Assembly: GCA_044070495.1 (NCBI GenBank)
Contig: JBIPSI010000042.1
Location: 1-39,158 of the forward strand
Direction of reading: 5' to 3'
DNA: 39,158 bases
Origin: Spirulina sp.
Lineage (GTDB): Bacteria; Cyanobacteriota; Cyanobacteriia; Phormidesmidales; Phormidesmidaceae
In this document: positions 29,201-38,189 of the stretch, one piece after another
Layout: each line of letters opens with the position of its first letter
Position numbering within the stretch: position 1 is the first letter of the stretch
Translations under genes and position numbers: made by a program
The notes under the pieces: model-generated
What the model saw: only the letters and a program-made list of their open reading frames with translations
The model's database searches: none
What the model was told of the DNA's origin: nothing

Positions 29201-30646
29201 CTAAGGACAAGGCCAGAGAGGATCGTTTTGGGGCACGGCAAGGGTGGATCGATGATCGCTGAGCCAGGTGCAACTACTTTGTAAAAGGGCAGAGAGGTCG
29301 GCCTCACTCGGATCGCCATCGTCGTCGAGCGTGTTCCCCTCCAAAGCGGCTAGGGCCTGTTGTAGAGCGCGGTAGGTTTGGGCCTGACGCTCAGGAGTTT
29401 GCATAGCCTGGGGGAGCTGTTGAAACACCTGCCCTGCCTGGGTAGCGGTGAGCAACAGCTCAAATTGCCGATCTCGCTGGGCCGACTCTGGCGGGGTTTG
29501 CAGATCGACCTGCCCCAACACTTGGGTCAATCGATGCAGCGACTGCCATTGGCCCAACTCGGCCTGGGCCTGGGCCTGTTTTGCCCGATGGAGCAAAGTG
29601 CCGCTCACGACGCCGACCCCCACCGCCACCACGGAAATCGCTGTCACCACCCGCAGCCATCGCCGCTGTTCGGCCATCACCGCCGTCTGTCGTTCCAGTT
29701 CGCCCTCCCGCAGGGCGGCTTCGGCCTCGGCACTGGCCAACACATAGCGATGGTGCAGTGCTGTGGGGCGGGGTTCTTGGTTGTTGCCCTGGGCCAGGTG
29801 TTCGTTGGCGCGGTCTAAATCGGCCCCCCGCAGTAGGTAGCTGTGGTCTCGCCCGTGGCGTTCCCAGTCGAGGGCGCGGACGAGTAGACGGGTATGGGCG
29901 CGTACATAGTCGAGATCTTGATCGAGGGCCGCCAGCAACCGCTGAAATCCGGTTTGAAAATCGTCCTCCGGGCGCAGAAAAATCCAGTTGAGGCGGGCCA
30001 GTTCTGGATGAATCTGATCCGGTAGCACATCTTCATAGACCACCGGAACTAGGCGCTTATTGTGCTTGAGGGCTTCTTCAATTTCTTGACCACACACCTT
30101 AGAGGCGGCGGAATCGGGGCTGATCACAAACAGAAAGGTATCCGCTAGCTCAATGCCAAGCTGAATTTCCTGCCACCAATCCCCCGCCACGGGAATGCTC
30201 TCCCAGTCTACCCACACCTCTCGTCCGGTGGCCTCTAGGGCGCTGTGCAATTGCTGCACAAACTCCTTATTGCGGCGCGAGTAGGAGATAAAAACGTTGG
30301 CCTGTTCGCTGTCGCGATCCAGAACTTGCCACACGTCCGTCGGCATTTGTCGGCCCGTTTTGGGGGCCAGCTTCACCCGATAGTAGGTGCTGCCATTGCG
30401 ATCTAGGGTGTACAGGTAGCCTTGGCCCTGCAGATCGTCTAGGCAGGGTTGCATCTGGTCTAAGGTCTGCCCTAACTGATCGGCGAGGGCGTCGGGGGTG
30501 GCTTCATAATTGCGGATCAGCCAGTGCAGCAGGGCTTGCTGATCCGGAGGCATGGTGAGAATATCCGAAACCCGCAACCCGGCAGGTCGAGATCGCCGCT
30601 CCTGCCGCGCCCCTCCCAAGAGTATATCTAAGGCGTCATCTCCCAT
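29201..30646 (-). CDS. wHTH-like, TIR and transmembrane domain protein
   Basis: TIR motifs VFISYSRRN, VWVDWESIP, FLFVISPDS, CGQEIEEA; then WERHGRDHSYLLRG and TM VVTAISVVAVGVGVVSGTLL. Confidence 0.85.
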   Translation of the reverse strand: MGDDALDILLGGARQERRSRPAGLRVSDILTMPPDQQALLHWLIRNYEATPDALADQLGQTLDQMQPCLDDLQGQGYLYTLDRNGSTYYRVKLAPKTGRQMPTDVWQVLDRDSEQANVFISYSRRNKEFVQQLHSALEATGREVWVDWESIPVAGDWWQEIQLGIELADTFLFVISPDSAASKVCGQEIEEALKHNKRLVPVVYEDVLPDQIHPELARLNWIFLRPEDDFQTGFQRLLAALDQDLDYVRAHTRLLVRALDWERHGRDHSYLLRGADLDRANEHLAQGNNQEPRPTALHHRYVLASAEAEAALREGELERQTAVMAEQRRWLRVVTAISVVAVGVGVVSGTLLHRAKQAQAQAELGQWQSLHRLTQVLGQVDLQTPPESAQRDRQFELLLTATQAGQVFQQLPQAMQTPERQAQTYRALQQALAALEGNTLDDDGDPSEADLSALLQSSCTWLSDHRSTLAVPQNDPLWPCP

Positions 30647-30783
30647 GGCATCTTGACCTTCAGCCCGATTTATAGAAGAGGGATATGTCCCCCCATCACC
30701 CTAGCAAACTTCCCCAACCAGCCACGGTATCCCTAGGCCACAGTCAACAGGACTCTGATGGTTAGCCATGGGGGATCGAGGGG

Positions 30784-32331
30784 CTAGGTATTCGCGGGTT
30801 GGCCGAGGGTAGTAATGTAGATAACAGCCTCATCGGCGGGGATGCCCAGCACCTCGTTGACCTGATCATCGTAGAAGCCGCCAATGCCGCTGACCCCCAA
30901 CCCTAGGTGAATGGCGGCCAGGTTGAGGCGCTGACCCAGGTGGCCCGCATCCATGTGCAAATAGCGATAGACCCGATCCCCATAGGCGTCGGTGGCGGCC
31001 TTAAGGTCGGCGGTGTGGAACAGCACAGCGGCGGCATCACGGCCCAGTTCTTGGCTCAAGCAAAGGTAGTGCAATTCCTGACGAAACTGCTTGAACCGCA
31101 CCTGGCGCAGTTCTTGACTGCGGGGGGCGTAGTAGTAACACCCTGCCTCTAGGCCATCCACCCCAGAAACGGCCAAAAAGGTTTGTACCAGGTCGAGGTC
31201 GCAGTAGTCGGGATTGCCATCTAGCCCCTGGCTGCGGTAGTGCTGGGGGTGGTAGGTGAAATCCAGCAGTTGCTTCAGGGCTTCAAAGGAAATGGGGTCA
31301 CCGCTATACTGCCGGGTGGATCGGCGTTTGAGAATGGTAGTTTCTAGGGGGCTGAGGTCTTCACCCCAGTCTAGGGGGCTAGTTTGGGCGGGCACCCGCA
31401 GGCAAAAGGGAAAGTTGTACTTGTCCTCTAGGGGGGTATCGTCGTTTGCCTCTGGGGGATGGCGGGAGGGCCATTTGGGGGCGTTGGTGGTGGCGGCTAG
31501 GCTGGTGGCCTGGTGGAAGTAGTGCAAAAGTTGTCCGTCGGACACCGAACCGTAGGCCGTTTGGGCCGGGGTGGCAAAGATCGCCTGGGTGGTCGCCAGG
31601 TTTTGTTCCACCGCCAGCAAATCCGCCAGGGGCAGCACCGCCAGCACGCCTTCCTCTTCAGTATCCAGGTAGAGCAATTGGGCCATGGCCTCATCGGCAA
31701 AGCTGGCGATCAGGTGGGGACGGTAGTCTGTGAGGGCGCTGGCTAGTTCGATATTGCCCAGCAGGTGGCCAATATCCAGGCAAATGCGGCGGTAGGCCCG
31801 ATCTCGGTAGCGCCAAGCCGACCGATAAAACACCCCCGTTACCACCAGGGCCATTTGGGTCGATTCTAGGGCCGGATGCCAAAAGCAGGCCCGCTGTAGG
31901 TTGCCCCAGGTGTGGTCTTCCCAGTAGCGCCAAAGGCTGTGGGTGCGGGCTTGGTAGTTGTACAGCCCCGCAGGCAGCAGCTTGGTACCCCGCGACACTA
32001 AATACACCTCCGCTGGATACAGCCCTCCCGCCGAGGGAGCCGCCCGCAGATAAAACATTTCTCCGGTAATGGTCGGAAACTTGGCCGTTAGCCCGTAGGT
32101 GTTGATTAACAACCGCGACAGACGCATCCAGTCTTGGCCCTCTGGGGAGGGCACCGCCTGGGCGCTGTTGAGGTAGGGTTTGAGGTCAATCTCTAGCCCC
32201 ACCTGGTAGGTTTTGAAGGGCACGGGCTGACGGGCATAGTCTAGGGGATGGGCTTGCTGGGCCAGGGTTTTGGGGTCGTACTTGGTGCGGTCATGGTAGT
32301 GCTGGGCCAGCGAAAGGGAGGAGTCGGGCAT
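30784..32331 (-). CDS. SagB/ThcOx-family FMN oxidoreductase (tandem nitroreductase domains)
   Basis: HYHDRTKY, LRAAPSAGGLYPAEVY, WRYRDRAYRRICLDIGH, RRSTRQY, HMDAGHLGQ. Confidence 0.9.
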   Translation of the reverse strand: MPDSSLSLAQHYHDRTKYDPKTLAQQAHPLDYARQPVPFKTYQVGLEIDLKPYLNSAQAVPSPEGQDWMRLSRLLINTYGLTAKFPTITGEMFYLRAAPSAGGLYPAEVYLVSRGTKLLPAGLYNYQARTHSLWRYWEDHTWGNLQRACFWHPALESTQMALVVTGVFYRSAWRYRDRAYRRICLDIGHLLGNIELASALTDYRPHLIASFADEAMAQLLYLDTEEEGVLAVLPLADLLAVEQNLATTQAIFATPAQTAYGSVSDGQLLHYFHQATSLAATTNAPKWPSRHPPEANDDTPLEDKYNFPFCLRVPAQTSPLDWGEDLSPLETTILKRRSTRQYSGDPISFEALKQLLDFTYHPQHYRSQGLDGNPDYCDLDLVQTFLAVSGVDGLEAGCYYYAPRSQELRQVRFKQFRQELHYLCLSQELGRDAAAVLFHTADLKAATDAYGDRVYRYLHMDAGHLGQRLNLAAIHLGLGVSGIGGFYDDQVNEVLGIPADEAVIYITTLGQPANT

Positions 32332-32389
32332 AGCCAGGGAGGACGGGCGGTAGCATTTGCTCAATCTTAACCAAGACCCGCCCATTCCC

Positions 32390-32809
32390 CTAGCTAACAG
32401 GCCGTTTGTTGTTGGCGTAGGCGTTGTATTCTTCGTGGGAGAGCACCCGCCAGGGAGTCAACTGCCCATTTTGTTCGCGACACAGCAGCCGATAGCGATG
32501 GCCCACCGGGATGCGTACCACGGTGCGATCAAACATCATGCGTTTGCCCTTCAGGGCCGTAAAATGCTGGCCGTTTTGTAGATCGTTGAGGATGGATCGT
32601 GCTTTTTCGACCACATGGCGAGGCAGGCTCCGGAGATCGATGGGATCGTCATTAAACTGGGCCTGCCATAGCTGCCGCTGTTCCTGCCGCTGGGCCACCT
32701 GTCGCTGGGCCTGGGTCTGGGCCTGGGCCTCCTGCTCGCAGCGGTGGCACGTTTTCCCCCGACCGCGATGGCCACAGGGAAAGGTGTGCTGACGTTTTGC
32801 TTTAGCCAT
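32390..32809 (-). CDS. Small protein: Cys/His zinc-ribbon N-terminus, coiled coil and RelE/ParE-like C-terminus
   Basis: FPCGHRGRGKTCHRC; GKRMMFDRTVVRIPVGHRYRLL...VLSHEEYN. Confidence 0.65.
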   Translation of the reverse strand: MAKAKRQHTFPCGHRGRGKTCHRCEQEAQAQTQAQRQVAQRQEQRQLWQAQFNDDPIDLRSLPRHVVEKARSILNDLQNGQHFTALKGKRMMFDRTVVRIPVGHRYRLLCREQNGQLTPWRVLSHEEYNAYANNKRPVS

Positions 32810-33046
32810 GGGGTCTCGCTAATAGGTTTTAGCCATGGGGTTAAACTCCATTATGTCGCGGAGCTAATTTATCGAGTATCTCTCCCAAGAGAGGACTACA
32901 ACCACCCCCAGCCGAGGTCTAAGCCTAAATCCGAAGAGGCCCCCTAAACGAATTGGGGTTTCGACAGTTCGACAGTCTCACCGCTCAGCCTGAGCGGGAT
33001 CAGCGTTTGAATCGGGGGTAAGCAACCGGGATTTGGGATAAGCCAT

Positions 33047-33077
33047 AAAAAACTCCTGGAGCCTATGGCCCCAGGAG
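33047..33077 (-). terminator. Rho-independent terminator after gifB
   Basis: Minus strand CTCCTGGGGC-CATAG-GCTCCAGGAG-TTTTTT. Confidence 0.7.
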
Positions 33078-33128
33078 CACAATCACGATACTGAGTTCAT
33101 CACACCAGATTCATCCGGCCAGAAAGCC

Positions 33129-33572
33129 CTAGCTAGCGGCGGCACCGCTGCGGCCATAGGTGGCCCAGAAGCTAGGATGCACTTTGCCTTGGATGTGGTT
33201 CCAGTAGTGGGCGGCATCGGTGGGCAAGCCAGCCTCGGTGGCCAGACGAGCCAGCATGGATTGTTGACGCTGCTTCACAGACCGATGGCGGTTGAGCATC
33301 ATCATCCGAGCTTTGTCTTCGGTGCTGATGGTGGCAGAGGTCGCCACGGGAGCGGTCACAGGGGTCGCCACAGGGGCCACTTCAGCGGTAGCGCCAGTGC
33401 TGTAGGCCACGCCGCGATACATGAGATCGAGGGTAGGCTGCTGCACAGGAGCCTTGGTCACGGTGCGGAACCGGATATCAACGCCCCGGAATTTGCCGAC
33501 TTCGTCAACGGTCTTCAGGGTCGTGGTGGGGGGGGTGTAGTCGTAGCTAACGCCGCGATAGGTAAGTTTCAT
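33129..33572 (-). CDS. gifB: Glutamine synthetase inactivating factor, IF17-like (DUF4278 N-terminus plus IF7-like C-terminus)
   Basis: Repeated (Y/F)RGV motifs (MKLTYRGVSY, FRGVD, YRGVAY) and STEDKARMMM...KQRQQSMLARLATEAGL...IQGK...FWATYGRS, resembling Synechocystis IF7/IF17. Confidence 0.85.
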   Translation of the reverse strand: MKLTYRGVSYDYTPPTTTLKTVDEVGKFRGVDIRFRTVTKAPVQQPTLDLMYRGVAYSTGATAEVAPVATPVTAPVATSATISTEDKARMMMLNRHRSVKQRQQSMLARLATEAGLPTDAAHYWNHIQGKVHPSFWATYGRSGAAAS

Positions 33573-33615
33573 GAGGTCGCCTCCAAAAGATCAAGGAATT
33601 TGATCAGAACATTGG

Positions 33616-33694
33616 GGCGCGTTCCTTCGGGGGGATCAGCCCCTACTTCCGTCTCTCTCTGATCCAAATGAGATGAGCGAGAGAGATGAACGAA
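33616..33694 (-). ncRNA. Glutamine riboswitch (glnA RNA motif, class I)
   Basis: Minus strand CGUUCAUCUCUCUC...AGAGAGAGACGGAAGUAGGGG...CCCCGAAGGAACGCGCC: P1 CGUUC/GAACG, conserved CGGAAGUAG and CGAAGGAAC; in the 5' UTR of gifB. Confidence 0.92.
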
Positions 33695-33709
33695 TTTCAA
33701 TTTCCTTCT

Positions 33710-33741
33710 GTATAGTAAGCTACGATTTGCAGAAGCGTCAA
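33710..33741 (-). promoter_or_regulatory. Sigma70-type gifB promoter with an NtcA box overlapping the -10
   Basis: TTGACG (33741-33736), 18-nt spacer, TACTAT (33717-33712); GTA-TAGTAAGC-TAC at 33710-33723. Confidence 0.78.
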
Positions 33742-33944
33742 GGGAGGGGGGAGAACGTAAGAGTTCTTCATACGGCCTCAAATTACGGCATAGCAACGTT
33801 TTTGCTGGCCTTGCCAAAGGTGATGAAACCTTGATATTTTGTCCGGATCGGTGAGCACGGCCCTCGGCTGCGCTAGGGTAGCCCCTGAAGGATGCGGGGC
33901 ATAGGTAGGTTTATCCGCTTCGGGACTTTTAATCTGTTGAATGA

Positions 33945-36683
33945 CTAGTCGGACAGGTTGAGATTAAGCTCCTGGAGCCCTTCGCTCATTTCGGTGAAGG
34001 TGACTTCATTTGGCTGTACAGAGTTACCGTTCACCCGCAGTTGATAGGTGCCTGTACGCAGGTCTTCCAGGTAGTAGATGCCCGCTCGATTGGTTACCGA
34101 AAGTCTGGCTACACTACCGTTTTGAGGTAAGGCTTCCACCCTGGCCCCAGCGACGGGATTACCTGCTCGGTCGAGCACGCGCCCCGCCATGGTGTAGGCA
34201 CGGGTAATGGGTATGAGCACGGGCGTGTAGCTGCCGGAGGTGACTTCGACGGCGTAGGCGGTTTGGCTGGGTTTGCCATCGATGGGAAACCCAGCTGGGT
34301 CGAGGTCGAGACGATGGAGACCGGGGGGCAGTCGCAGGAACAGGCCGTTGGGCTGGATCTCAACCTGGTTGGGGTGTAGGGGCTGGTTGTTGACCACGAT
34401 CAGCAGGTCAGCATTGTCGAGATAGAGGGGGTCGCCGTTATCTCGCTGGTCGTTGCCATTGCGGTCTAGGAAGGGTTGAATCCAAAGTCCACCCTCCTGT
34501 CGGAAATAGTCGTAGCGGGAATCTTGGGGCCAGAACCCAGCCTGGGTATTGGCAAAGGGCACCACCTCAATCCGGTAGCTATCGGTTCCTGTAAAGACAG
34601 AAATCCCCTCATACCTGGCCCGCAACACCACACCGGGAAAAATGGCGGTGCCTAGGGAGGCCACCAGCCCATTTCCCTGACTGCCCAGGCCATAGCCCAG
34701 ATCTATCTCCCACAGGTAGCGACCATCAATGGCGCGGGCGGGAGATCGGTAGCGCCAGCCCACGGTCGCCAGATCATCGCCCCTAGTGGACTGGGTTTCG
34801 TAGCCAAGGCGCAAAAAGTGGCCCTGGTTAAAGTCTCGGCCTTCGGTCAGATGAATGTTGAGTTCGCTATTGCTGCTCAGTTCGTTACCAAAGCTTCGCA
34901 GTTCGACCCGGTCAAACCGAGACAGTAGACTCCAGCGCAGATTGTTGTCGGTGGTGTAGTCTACATTGCCGTTGACATTGAAGTTGGTGGTGTTATAGAA
35001 AAACGACGCCCCAGCAATCAGGGCATTTTCGCGGCTGTTGCCCCCCAGCCGCAGCCGTAAACCGGGTATGGCTTGCCAACTGGCCAGGAATCGGGAGGTG
35101 GTTGGGTCGGTGTTGAGATCGAGTCGGAACGTGCTGGAAGGTTCGTAGGTGAAGGCGGCATCCACGGCCACGCGGTTTGCCCCCCCAAAAATGGTGGCCG
35201 CGATTCGCACGGGCACCCCATCCGGTTCGTAGAAGACTTCCCCCAAGCCAAAGAGGGCGCTATCTTGCACCATGCCCACCCCTAGGGTGAGCTGGTCGGA
35301 GACCCCGTAGCGGTAGGAAGCTCCGGCCATGACGGTTTCAAAGTCCCCCACAAAGTTGTTTTGGCGCGGCACCCGGCCCACCCCCGCCGACACCACCAGG
35401 GCTGAAGTTCCCGCCGACAAACGGCTGGGCAGGGTGGAGAAGGTGGCCGGACGCACCTCGGGTTCGGCGGTGAGCTGCCCATTGGGAAACAACAGCACCT
35501 CGTAACGGCCCCCCTGCGCTGGAATATTCTCAAAGCGATAGATGCCGCTAGAATCTACGAGGGCTTCGGCGATGACGTTACTACGAAAATTCAGGGTGAG
35601 CTGCACTAGGGTGTTGGGCGGGGCCTCGCCAGTGATGGTGCGCCCTACTACATCGGCCTGACGGCGCAAGCTGGGGTTAAATCCGCCGCTGCCAGAGAAA
35701 AAGGCGGGCTCATAGCCAAACCGCTGGATAGTGGTAACGCCCCAAAATTGGTTGTTACTGGTGCTGCTCAGACTGGGCCAAAAGGTGGCCTGCGAGCCCA
35801 CGGCATAGTCGGCGGCATCAGCTTGGTTCAGGTATTGCAGTTCGGAGAGGCTCCAGGTGCCGCTATCCAACACATCCTGCTGATTCATGCGGAAAAACCA
35901 ACTGCCGCCCCACAGTCCCCCCAGGGCGGTAAATTGTCCCTGCCCATCGTTGACGCCATTGCTGCCAAAGAAGTCCAGGCGTTGGGCCACGGCGGTGGCG
36001 GTGAAGGGTTCCGAGGCCACCACGGGTAACCCCTCGGTAATCACAGGCAAATCGGCGGACTGACCCGGTCGAAACGACCTCGCCCAAGGGGGATCTAACC
36101 GTAGGGCATAGTTGGCAATCTCAAAGCTGACGGGCACCCCAAACCGTTGCTCAATCTCTGCTACAGAAATCGCCAACCCCAGGTCTGGATCGGCCACCAA
36201 TCCATTGGGATCCAGTCGAATGACGAAACCGGGCGACCGCAGTTCCCATTCACCGCTGTCGAGGACGGTTCTCTGAAGCTGAAGCGCCTGCACCACGGCT
36301 TCAAAGGGCACCAGCCAAGCCTTTAGGGCCACGGCATCTTGGCCATTTTCTGCCCCACGCACCAAAACCCCCGCCCTCTGAGGACGGTCGCCCACCTGGA
36401 TGCCCACGGGAAGCACCTCCAGCACTACCGGATCCACCCTATCGCCATCCAGAACCGCCGGTTCTGGGTCAGCAGGTTCTGGGGCCGTTTCGTCCATCGG
36501 GCTCTCTGGAAACCCTGACTCTGTGAACTCTGGAGCGGCGGTCTGGGCCAAGGTCAGCCCCTCAGCGGAACCCGTGGCGATTGGCTCTAGGGCTAAAGCA
36601 AGTCTGGGGGGTGCGGCATGGCCTAGGGCGAGGAAACACCCTAAATAGGAAACCACCAGAGCTAGGCGGGAGTGGAGGGACAT
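33945..36683 (-). CDS. Usher-like outer-membrane protein (912 aa) with carboxypeptidase-regulatory-like beta-sandwich domains
   Basis: Signal peptide; long run of amphipathic beta-strands; usher-like ASYRYGVSDQLTLGVG; ITGEAPPNTLVQL...SGIYRFENIP; FLDRNGNDQRD; C-terminal GRVLDRAGNPVAGARV...GIYYLEDL. Confidence 0.7.
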   Translation of the reverse strand: MSLHSRLALVVSYLGCFLALGHAAPPRLALALEPIATGSAEGLTLAQTAAPEFTESGFPESPMDETAPEPADPEPAVLDGDRVDPVVLEVLPVGIQVGDRPQRAGVLVRGAENGQDAVALKAWLVPFEAVVQALQLQRTVLDSGEWELRSPGFVIRLDPNGLVADPDLGLAISVAEIEQRFGVPVSFEIANYALRLDPPWARSFRPGQSADLPVITEGLPVVASEPFTATAVAQRLDFFGSNGVNDGQGQFTALGGLWGGSWFFRMNQQDVLDSGTWSLSELQYLNQADAADYAVGSQATFWPSLSSTSNNQFWGVTTIQRFGYEPAFFSGSGGFNPSLRRQADVVGRTITGEAPPNTLVQLTLNFRSNVIAEALVDSSGIYRFENIPAQGGRYEVLLFPNGQLTAEPEVRPATFSTLPSRLSAGTSALVVSAGVGRVPRQNNFVGDFETVMAGASYRYGVSDQLTLGVGMVQDSALFGLGEVFYEPDGVPVRIAATIFGGANRVAVDAAFTYEPSSTFRLDLNTDPTTSRFLASWQAIPGLRLRLGGNSRENALIAGASFFYNTTNFNVNGNVDYTTDNNLRWSLLSRFDRVELRSFGNELSSNSELNIHLTEGRDFNQGHFLRLGYETQSTRGDDLATVGWRYRSPARAIDGRYLWEIDLGYGLGSQGNGLVASLGTAIFPGVVLRARYEGISVFTGTDSYRIEVVPFANTQAGFWPQDSRYDYFRQEGGLWIQPFLDRNGNDQRDNGDPLYLDNADLLIVVNNQPLHPNQVEIQPNGLFLRLPPGLHRLDLDPAGFPIDGKPSQTAYAVEVTSGSYTPVLIPITRAYTMAGRVLDRAGNPVAGARVEALPQNGSVARLSVTNRAGIYYLEDLRTGTYQLRVNGNSVQPNEVTFTEMSEGLQELNLNLSD

Positions 36684-36727
36684 GGAACTGCGTTGAGGTT
36701 GGCCAGTAGGATGGTGATGACAGCGGT

Positions 36728-37543
36728 CTAGGGAGATGGCAGAGTGACCGGCACGCTGAAGGGTAGGGTTTCTTGGCGACCATCCAGCGACCAAGTGAGG
36801 ATGCCGCTGAGGGTATAGGTGCCTGGGGAGAAGGAAAACTCCTGATCGGCGGTGGGGTCTATCATCAGGTGGCGATCCCCTCCGGCAATGATGGTGATTT
36901 CGTTGCGGGTGCCGCTGGCGAGGGTGCTGCCATCGCGAGATAGCGACCATTCCGTTGCAGGACGGGTAGTGGCGTTGCCCGCGTTGGCCACCAAAAGCGC
37001 AATTCTGCCGTCCTCAGGCTGCACGGTGGCGGATAACACCGCTAAATCTGGAGCCACCTCGCCCTGCCGTACATACACGGTGACGCCAATGCGCGGAATA
37101 ATCCCCACGGTCATGGCCCCATCGGTTTCGGTGGTCATGGGATCCAGGGGTTCTGTAAAGATGATGGCGCGAAATTCCCCATCACCCAGGCTGGGCAACA
37201 GCCGAGACACTAGCCGCACCCGCCGCGTTTGTCCCGGTTCGATAACCAACTCGCGAGGGGAAAACAGCAGGTAGGGCGTCAAATCCTGCTCCGATTCCGT
37301 CAATACCTCCAGGCCATCGCGCCCGTAGGTAAATGGCTCGGCATACACCCGTAACCGAGTCGGGGTTTCGCCCGTGTTGGAGAGGGTGATCACCCCCTGG
37401 GCTTGACCTTGGGTAGTGGATTGTTCTATCACCATGGGGCTGACAGATAACTGCGCCCAGGCCGGAGACCCAACGGCCCCCAGCACCACCACAGCACAGG
37501 CCAACGGACGTAATGCAACAGCCAACCAGCGGGGGCTAAACAT
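36728..37543 (-). CDS. PapD/FimC-like periplasmic pilus chaperone
   Basis: Signal peptide ending PAWA; LSVSPMVIE, ITLSNTGETPTRLRV, FSPRELVIEPGQTRRVRL, EFRAIIFTEP, VANAGNAT. Confidence 0.8.
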   Translation of the reverse strand: MFSPRWLAVALRPLACAVVVLGAVGSPAWAQLSVSPMVIEQSTTQGQAQGVITLSNTGETPTRLRVYAEPFTYGRDGLEVLTESEQDLTPYLLFSPRELVIEPGQTRRVRLVSRLLPSLGDGEFRAIIFTEPLDPMTTETDGAMTVGIIPRIGVTVYVRQGEVAPDLAVLSATVQPEDGRIALLVANAGNATTRPATEWSLSRDGSTLASGTRNEITIIAGGDRHLMIDPTADQEFSFSPGTYTLSGILTWSLDGRQETLPFSVPVTLPSP

Positions 37544-37714
37544 AGTTAACGAGTCAGAACGCAATCTAAACAAACGATCGTAAAAGCAGACATTGGCCTT
37601 ACTTTTCTTCTTCCCAATATGGAAAAAGAGGATTCAAGATCTATGCCTTTTGAGATGCTTCCAATTCTCCTTAAAAAGGGGAAATTTGAGAGCAATATCC
37701 CAACCCATATAGGA

Positions 37715-38146
37715 CTACTCAGGGACAGCTATTACAGTAATGGTTACCTGATAAATGTAGGTGCCGGGTGGATAAATCTCTGGTCGATCCACTGCCATCG
37801 AAACACTTAAGTTGGTGACGCCAACGGGTATAGAAACAGCCGCGTCCCCGCTGTTAATACTGATGCTATTAAACGTGAGCGTTGCTACCCTTATTGTCCC
37901 AGCGGGGTCATTCGTTGATCCAGAAATAAACGTAGGCTCTGTCACCTGCACCGTGGCACTGATTGCCCCTGTAATATTGACGGTAGCAGTAGCGTTTGTA
38001 ACTGTTTCTAGGCGATAGAAATTTCCCGTTGGCTGCGCCAAAGTACCTGGCGTTTGCGCGGGAAAGGTAATGACCTGGGCGAGGGCTGGGTGCGAAAACA
38101 ACACCCCTACCCCCGCCAACACGGTAGTAGCCAGTAGGCGATACAT
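37715..38146 (-). CDS. Secreted pilin-like subunit 2 (candidate tip or minor subunit)
   Basis: Signal peptide ending PALA; Thr/Val/Ile-rich all-beta sequence; C-terminus PPGTYIYQVTITV; similar to the upstream pilin. Confidence 0.65.
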   Translation of the reverse strand: MYRLLATTVLAGVGVLFSHPALAQVITFPAQTPGTLAQPTGNFYRLETVTNATATVNITGAISATVQVTEPTFISGSTNDPAGTIRVATLTFNSISINSGDAAVSIPVGVTNLSVSMAVDRPEIYPPGTYIYQVTITVIAVPE

Positions 38147-38189
38147 GGTTACATTCACACAGACTAAGTGCTACATGGAGCAGGTCAAT

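Noticed and set aside
30784..32809. SagB/ThcOx gene as part of a RiPP (azole peptide) cluster
   Set aside because: No YcaO cyclodehydratase, protease, transporter or Cys/Ser/Thr-rich precursor nearby; stand-alone copies are common in cyanobacteria.
36684..36950. 89-residue N-terminal extension of the usher-like ORF (1001-aa version)
   Set aside because: It overlaps the chaperone gene in another frame; the signal peptide begins at ATG 36683.
37600..37730. Pilin 2 ends in AVPE, resembling the start of a PEP-CTERM sorting signal for the cyanoexosortase in this window
   Set aside because: A stop follows immediately, read-through gives no TM helix plus basic tail, and pilin 1 ends similarly (TPD), so it looks like a family C-terminus.
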